Translations under genes and position numbers: made by a program | Notes under the pieces: generated by a model | What the model was told of the DNA's origin: nothing | Database searches by the model: none | Seen by the model: the letters and a program-made list of their open reading frames with translations, nothing else | Source: a virus | Lineage: Duplodnaviria > Caudoviricetes | Reading direction: 5' to 3' (one strand) | DNA length: 52,701 nt | Virus record (IMG/VR): IMGVR_UViG_3300022562_002170 | Coordinates: 1 to 52,701 of that record | Shown: positions 49,045-52,701 of the stretch, in pieces | Numbering within the stretch: the first letter of the stretch is position 1 | How the letters are laid out: every line of letters starts with the position of its first letter

Positions 49045-49082
49045 ATCCGAATCCGGCCCACATATGCGGGCCCGGAGGATCG

Positions 49083-50339
49083 ATGGAGAACGTGCGAGGA
49101 TATTTTCTGATTCTGACGCTGTGCGTCGCTTGCGGGTCTACGTCCACGAACTTGACGGAGGCCCCGAACACGGGCGGGCAAGCCGGATCCGTCACGGGCG
49201 GGCAAGCCGGGGCCCAAACAGGCGGGGGACCGTCCGGAGGAGAAGCCGGGATCGTCCCGACGGGCGGGACGGGCTCCGGAGGCGCGGCTGGTCAGGACGC
49301 CGGAGGCGCGTCCGGGTCGTCCGGTACCGGAGGCGACCAGGACGGAGGAGGGGCTGCGGGCTCCGCCGGAACCGGTGGTGGAGGGATCGGGGGAGGGGCG
49401 GACGCCTGCGTCCCCCAGCCTTGCGCCAACGATAACGTGACCTGCGGCGAGGTCCCCGACGGATGCGGAGGGACCTCGAAGTGCATCCACACGTGTACGG
49501 CGCCGGAGACCTGCGGGGCCAAGGTAGCGAACAAGTGCGGGTGCGTGGAATACACGGCGGCGGAGGTCGCGACGCTCTGCGCCGGGAAGTGCGCCGTCCC
49601 GTCGAAGTGCAACCCGAACATCGCCACCTCCTGCTCGTCCCAGGCGGGGGCCTGTACCCTTGACGGCCCCTACGACGTCTGCGACGGCTCGAAGACGTAC
49701 TCGACGTCGCCGCCGCCGACCGGCGACTGCCTGACCTGCGCGAGGCCGTTCGCGGCGGACGACTGCGCCTACGGGTCCGGGAAGCCGTTCAAGTACTTCT
49801 GCTCCGCGGGGGTCACCTGCTCCAAGGGATCGGACTGTAAGTCGGGGATCTGCGGCTCAGATGGTATCTGCTTCTGTAGCCTGAACTCGGACTGCGCGAC
49901 CGCGTGCGACCAGGGATCGGGGCGCTGCCTCGGATACGACGTCGACAATCTGCAGGATGACGAGGAGACCGACGTGGACTGCGGCGGCCCGAAGAACCCC
50001 ATCAAATGCGCCCCGGGCAAGAAGTGCCTGCAAGATTCCGACTGTGAGGGAGCTATCACGGGCTCGTGCCAGGGTGGCGTACCTCCGTCGACGTACGGGA
50101 TCTGCCTGAACTCCGGCGGCCCTAAGGTCGGGTGCTCGAAGTCCGACGGCAACGCCGTGTGTTGCTACGAGAGCCTCGGCGGGTTCCACCCGTACGACGA
50201 CGCCACTGCCGTCTCCTTCTGCGCCGGGAAGGGGCTCCCGTTCGTATTCAAGAAGGACGCGGGAGGTGGGACCGCCCCGAAGGCAGGGTGCGTAGCAGGG
50301 GCTGGATGGTGGTGCTGCCCCGACGACCAGTTCCTTTGA
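49083..50339 (+). CDS. Cys-rich lipoprotein of myxobacterial type, 418 aa
   Basis: GGAGG RBS, lipobox-like LTLCVAC-G, Gly-rich linker, about 40 Cys. Motifs CGEVPDGCGG and ETDVDCGG. Confidence 0.75.
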   Translation: MENVRGYFLILTLCVACGSTSTNLTEAPNTGGQAGSVTGGQAGAQTGGGPSGGEAGIVPTGGTGSGGAAGQDAGGASGSSGTGGDQDGGGAAGSAGTGGGGIGGGADACVPQPCANDNVTCGEVPDGCGGTSKCIHTCTAPETCGAKVANKCGCVEYTAAEVATLCAGKCAVPSKCNPNIATSCSSQAGACTLDGPYDVCDGSKTYSTSPPPTGDCLTCARPFAADDCAYGSGKPFKYFCSAGVTCSKGSDCKSGICGSDGICFCSLNSDCATACDQGSGRCLGYDVDNLQDDEETDVDCGGPKNPIKCAPGKKCLQDSDCEGAITGSCQGGVPPSTYGICLNSGGPKVGCSKSDGNAVCCYESLGGFHPYDDATAVSFCAGKGLPFVFKKDAGGGTAPKAGCVAGAGWWCCPDDQFL

Positions 50340-50546
50340 TCAGGCAGGGACCTTCTTCGTCACGTTCAGGTTCCTGACGCCCGGTTCGATCTGTGGCTTT
50401 GACAGCCCGACGAAGCTGATTTCGACGCTGCAGATCGAGACCGGGTCCTCCTGCCTCGCCTCGGCCGCTTCTGCCGAGGCGACAAACTCGTCGATAGCCT
50501 CTTGGAAGGTGGTGAGGAGCTCCTGCTTGATGTCGGAGAACTTCAT
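50340..50546 (-). CDS. Hypothetical protein, 68 aa (MKFSDIKQELL...)
   Basis: The likely real part of the 269-aa track ORF. Fills the gap, and its stop abuts the lipoprotein stop. Confidence 0.55.
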   Translation of the reverse strand: MKFSDIKQELLTTFQEAIDEFVASAEAAEARQEDPVSICSVEISFVGLSKPQIEPGVRNLNVTKKVPA

Positions 50547-50600
50547 CTTTGCCCCTGTCCCGCCAAAAAAGGCGGAGTGTCTGTTCGGACCGGAAACACC

Positions 50601-50607
50601 GTACCGT
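50601..50607 (+). promoter_or_regulatory. GTACCGT -10-like box, overlapping an opposite-strand GTACGGT (50604-50598)
   Basis: 5 nt before ATG 50613. Confidence 0.5.
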
Positions 50608-50612
50608 TCCGC

Positions 50613-51113
50613 ATGACGTTCATCTGGGAGTACATCAAGGCCTTCGCCAAGTCCGTCGGGAAGTGGCTCATCCGGTACCCGATCGCGGCGGCTGTAGCGG
50701 TCTTCGTGATCGTGGGCGGGCTCGCCCTCGTCTTCCTCGGCAAGGACGTGCAGCTCGGCGGCATCCTCGGGAGGCTCTTTGGTAAGGAAAAGGGCCAGAA
50801 CGCCCGGGGAGTCGTGCCTCCGGACCGCGTAGACGGTGACGGGAAGCCGATACAGCCCGGGGAGTCCGATGAGAAGGGGTACGTGCAGGCACCGGTCAGC
50901 ACGGAGATCAAAGACCCCGGTATCTTCGACGACCCGGGCACTATCACCGTCGTGCACCCGGAGAAGGGCGAGGTCGTCATAGACCTCCCCGAGGGCGTCA
51001 AGAACCGGGACGTCAGGGAGGTCGTGGAGATCGAGCCGGACGTTTACGAGGTTCGGAACAACGACAAGGGAGTCGATGCTGGAGCTCTGTTGAGGGACCT
51101 CGGGGAGAAATGA
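50613..51113 (+). CDS. Single-pass membrane protein, 166 aa (possible inner-membrane spanin-like component)
   Basis: Start reassigned to MTFIWEY. Transmembrane segment PIAAAVAVFVIVGGLALVFLG is followed by an acidic soluble domain. ATGA overlap with the next gene. Confidence 0.7.
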   Translation: MTFIWEYIKAFAKSVGKWLIRYPIAAAVAVFVIVGGLALVFLGKDVQLGGILGRLFGKEKGQNARGVVPPDRVDGDGKPIQPGESDEKGYVQAPVSTEIKDPGIFDDPGTITVVHPEKGEVVIDLPEGVKNRDVREVVEIEPDVYEVRNNDKGVDAGALLRDLGEK

Positions 51114-51799
51114 AGCTCTCAGCCCTGGTTGCGTCCGTCCTGCTTGCATCTCCGGCGGCCGCGGGGTCCGAGGTGGCGATCACGGACCCCGCGTCCCCGC
51201 AGGTCTCCCCTCCTGCCCCGTTCTGTCCGAAGGAAGTGACGGACTCCGGAGGCATGTGCCTGACAAAAGAACAGAAGGAGCTCGTCACGGACGCCCTTCG
51301 GGAGCTTCAGGACATTCACGGTTCGAAGGCTGTGCTCGAGTTCCCGGAGCCCATCGTCATCATCCGCGACTGGGAGGACCGAGTCTACGTCAACGGGGGC
51401 GAGAAGAACCCGGTCAAGGCGAAGCTCCGGATTGGGGAGCACGTGGACAGGGATCTCGAGATGCAGCTCCCGATCCGGGTCTTCTACCGTGAGGCTCCTC
51501 CCCCTCCGTGGTTCAGGCTCCGCATACGGGCCCAGGCCGGCATTCTCGCTCCGCAGGTTGTCCAGTCTGCGAAGTCGGATGGGGACTTCAAGCCGTTCTG
51601 GGACGCCGGCATAGGATGGGACTTCTTCCACGTCCCCGGACTGGAGCTCAACCTCGCGGCGTACACCGGAATTCGGAGCGCCGGCGGAGGCGCCGGCATG
51701 GACCTGACGAAGAATTTCGGCGTGTACGCCGGCTACAGCCTCGTGTACGACGGCCTGCAGCACAGCCTCCTCGGCGGGGCGTACTTCGCGTTCAACTAG
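51110..51799 (+). CDS. Secreted / putative outer-membrane beta-strand protein, 229 aa
   Basis: Signal peptide MKLSALVASVLLASPAAA. C-terminal amphipathic Gly/aromatic strands ending GGAYFAFN. Confidence 0.7.
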   Translation: MKLSALVASVLLASPAAAGSEVAITDPASPQVSPPAPFCPKEVTDSGGMCLTKEQKELVTDALRELQDIHGSKAVLEFPEPIVIIRDWEDRVYVNGGEKNPVKAKLRIGEHVDRDLEMQLPIRVFYREAPPPPWFRLRIRAQAGILAPQVVQSAKSDGDFKPFWDAGIGWDFFHVPGLELNLAAYTGIRSAGGGAGMDLTKNFGVYAGYSLVYDGLQHSLLGGAYFAFN

Positions 51800-52283
51800 G
51801 CTGTTCCGGAAGGTCCCCGATGAGGTCGAGCCGGAGCCCGTCGGCCCAGCTCGGGGCCCCGACCAGCCTCTGCTTCCCGTCCCTCGATATGACGGCGACG
51901 GCGGAGTTCTTTGCGACCAGCCGGAGGACTTCTTCGCCCTCCCCGGACTCAGTCGCTCCATCCCTCGTCTCTATCGCGACCGGGATCCGGCCCAAGGCGC
52001 CGCCGGACGATATGTCGAAGATGACGCCGATCTTGTCCGGCCTGTCCTTATCCTCCATGCTCCCGAGGAGCCACTGGCAGGAGAAGTTTCGGCACTGCTG
52101 CGGCCTCTCGTCGTAGGATCCGCAGCCGGAGTCCCCCTCGTGCCGGCACTTCTCATGGAAGCCCTTCTCGAGCTCCGGAACCCCGAGGGCGGTGCAGCAC
52201 TCGGTGCAGCCCCCGCATGTCCGCCTGACGACCGGGAGCCGCCTCGCCCGGGCTGCCGAGGCCCTTCTTTCTTTCCTGTTCAT
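51792..52283 (-). CDS. CxxCxxCC (YkgJ-like) cysteine-cluster protein, about 163 aa
   Basis: CGGCTECC...C...GC..Y..RP..CR.F.C. The start MNRKERR is preceded by GTAGGAT 5 nt upstream. Confidence 0.8.
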   Translation of the reverse strand: MNRKERRASAARARRLPVVRRTCGGCTECCTALGVPELEKGFHEKCRHEGDSGCGSYDERPQQCRNFSCQWLLGSMEDKDRPDKIGVIFDISSGGALGRIPVAIETRDGATESGEGEEVLRLVAKNSAVAVISRDGKQRLVGAPSWADGLRLDLIGDLPEQPS

Positions 52284-52356
52284 CCAGGATCCTACGCGCG
52301 GCGCGGAGCGGCGAGAAGCTCCCCCGGCCAGGGAGCTTCGATGTAACATCCCGTGC
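52284..52356. promoter_or_regulatory. Divergent promoter region with two GTAnnnT boxes
   Basis: GTAGGAT (-, 52295-52289) is 5 nt before ATG 52283. GTAACAT (+, 52343-52349) is 7 nt before ATG 52357. Confidence 0.55.
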
Positions 52357-52701
52357 ATGGAAAGAGACGCCGCGCTGCAGAAGATCAGGTCAATCCGGAC
52401 CCTCAAGGATCCGGTCCTGAGGCCGTCCCCCTTCCTGAGGGAAAGGTACGTGAACGAGTTCGGGGTCGAGGGTCCCGTCCGCGTCAGGGACTATCAGGTC
52501 CGCGGGATCATGAATTTGCTCCAGGTCCAGGACATGATCCTCGGCGACGATACGGGGCTCGGCAAGACGCTCCAAGTCCTGAACGCCATCGGGTATATCT
52601 GGATGAAGGAGCCCGAGTACGTCCCCATCGTGGTCACGAAGAAATCCAGCCTGTACCAGTGGGCCGCCGAGGCGGACCGATTCATGCACGGGATGGAAGT
52701 G
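52357..52701 (+). CDS. SNF2-family helicase, N-terminal part (truncated by the window end)
   Basis: Not in the ORF track. Translates MERDAALQK...RDYQVRG (Q motif)...ILGDDTGLGKTLQ (Walker A)...IVVTKKSSLYQW (motif Ia). Confidence 0.85.
   Translation, partial: MERDAALQKIRSIRTLKDPVLRPSPFLRERYVNEFGVEGPVRVRDYQVRGIMNLLQVQDMILGDDTGLGKTLQVLNAIGYIWMKEPEYVPIVVTKKSSLYQWAAEADRFMHGMEV

Noticed and set aside
44695-49082. Diversity-generating retroelement or invertible fibre cassette at the tailspike end
   Set aside because: No reverse transcriptase, no recombinase and no adenine-variant duplicated segment was seen in the window. A remote template elsewhere cannot be excluded.
50560-50575. CCGCC-AAAAAA-GGCGG hairpin as a rho-independent terminator
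   Set aside because: The A/U run is the loop rather than a 3' tail, the stem is only 5 bp, and it lies between divergent gene starts.
50547-51149. N-terminal extension of the 269-aa minus ORF, and the 50502 start of the + ORF
   Set aside because: The two extensions overlap each other. Starts at 50546 (-) and 50613 (+) give non-overlapping genes around a shared promoter-like region.

Overview
High-GC (about 65%), almost gap-free, mostly + strand block of about 30 genes that reads as the baseplate, spike and fibre region of a very large contractile-tailed virus (jumbo myophage-like). A tailocin or contractile injection system cannot be excluded, because no capsid, terminase, sheath or tube gene lies in the window. 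Gene order: lytic-transglycosylase/tube-initiator-like fusion, hub, gp5/gpV-like spike, several giant structural proteins, gp25-like, gpJ/gp6-like and gpI-like wedge proteins, a collagen-LamG fibre, two proteins built on a His-pair helical repeat, two paralogous large tail proteins, a beta-helix tailspike, a myxobacterial-style Cys-rich lipoprotein, a membrane-protein pair, a CxxCxxCC protein and the start of a SNF2 helicase. Highlights: (i) a roughly 40-aa helix-His...His repeat that occurs 18 times, always in groups of three; (ii) a GTAnnnT box 5-8 nt before many start codons, suggesting leaderless transcription, including two back-to-back boxes in a 33-bp gap; (iii) extensive domain sharing, insertion and nesting among the tail proteins. 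All product calls come from motif recognition by eye; no database search was run. No tRNA, rRNA, CRISPR array or transposase was seen.
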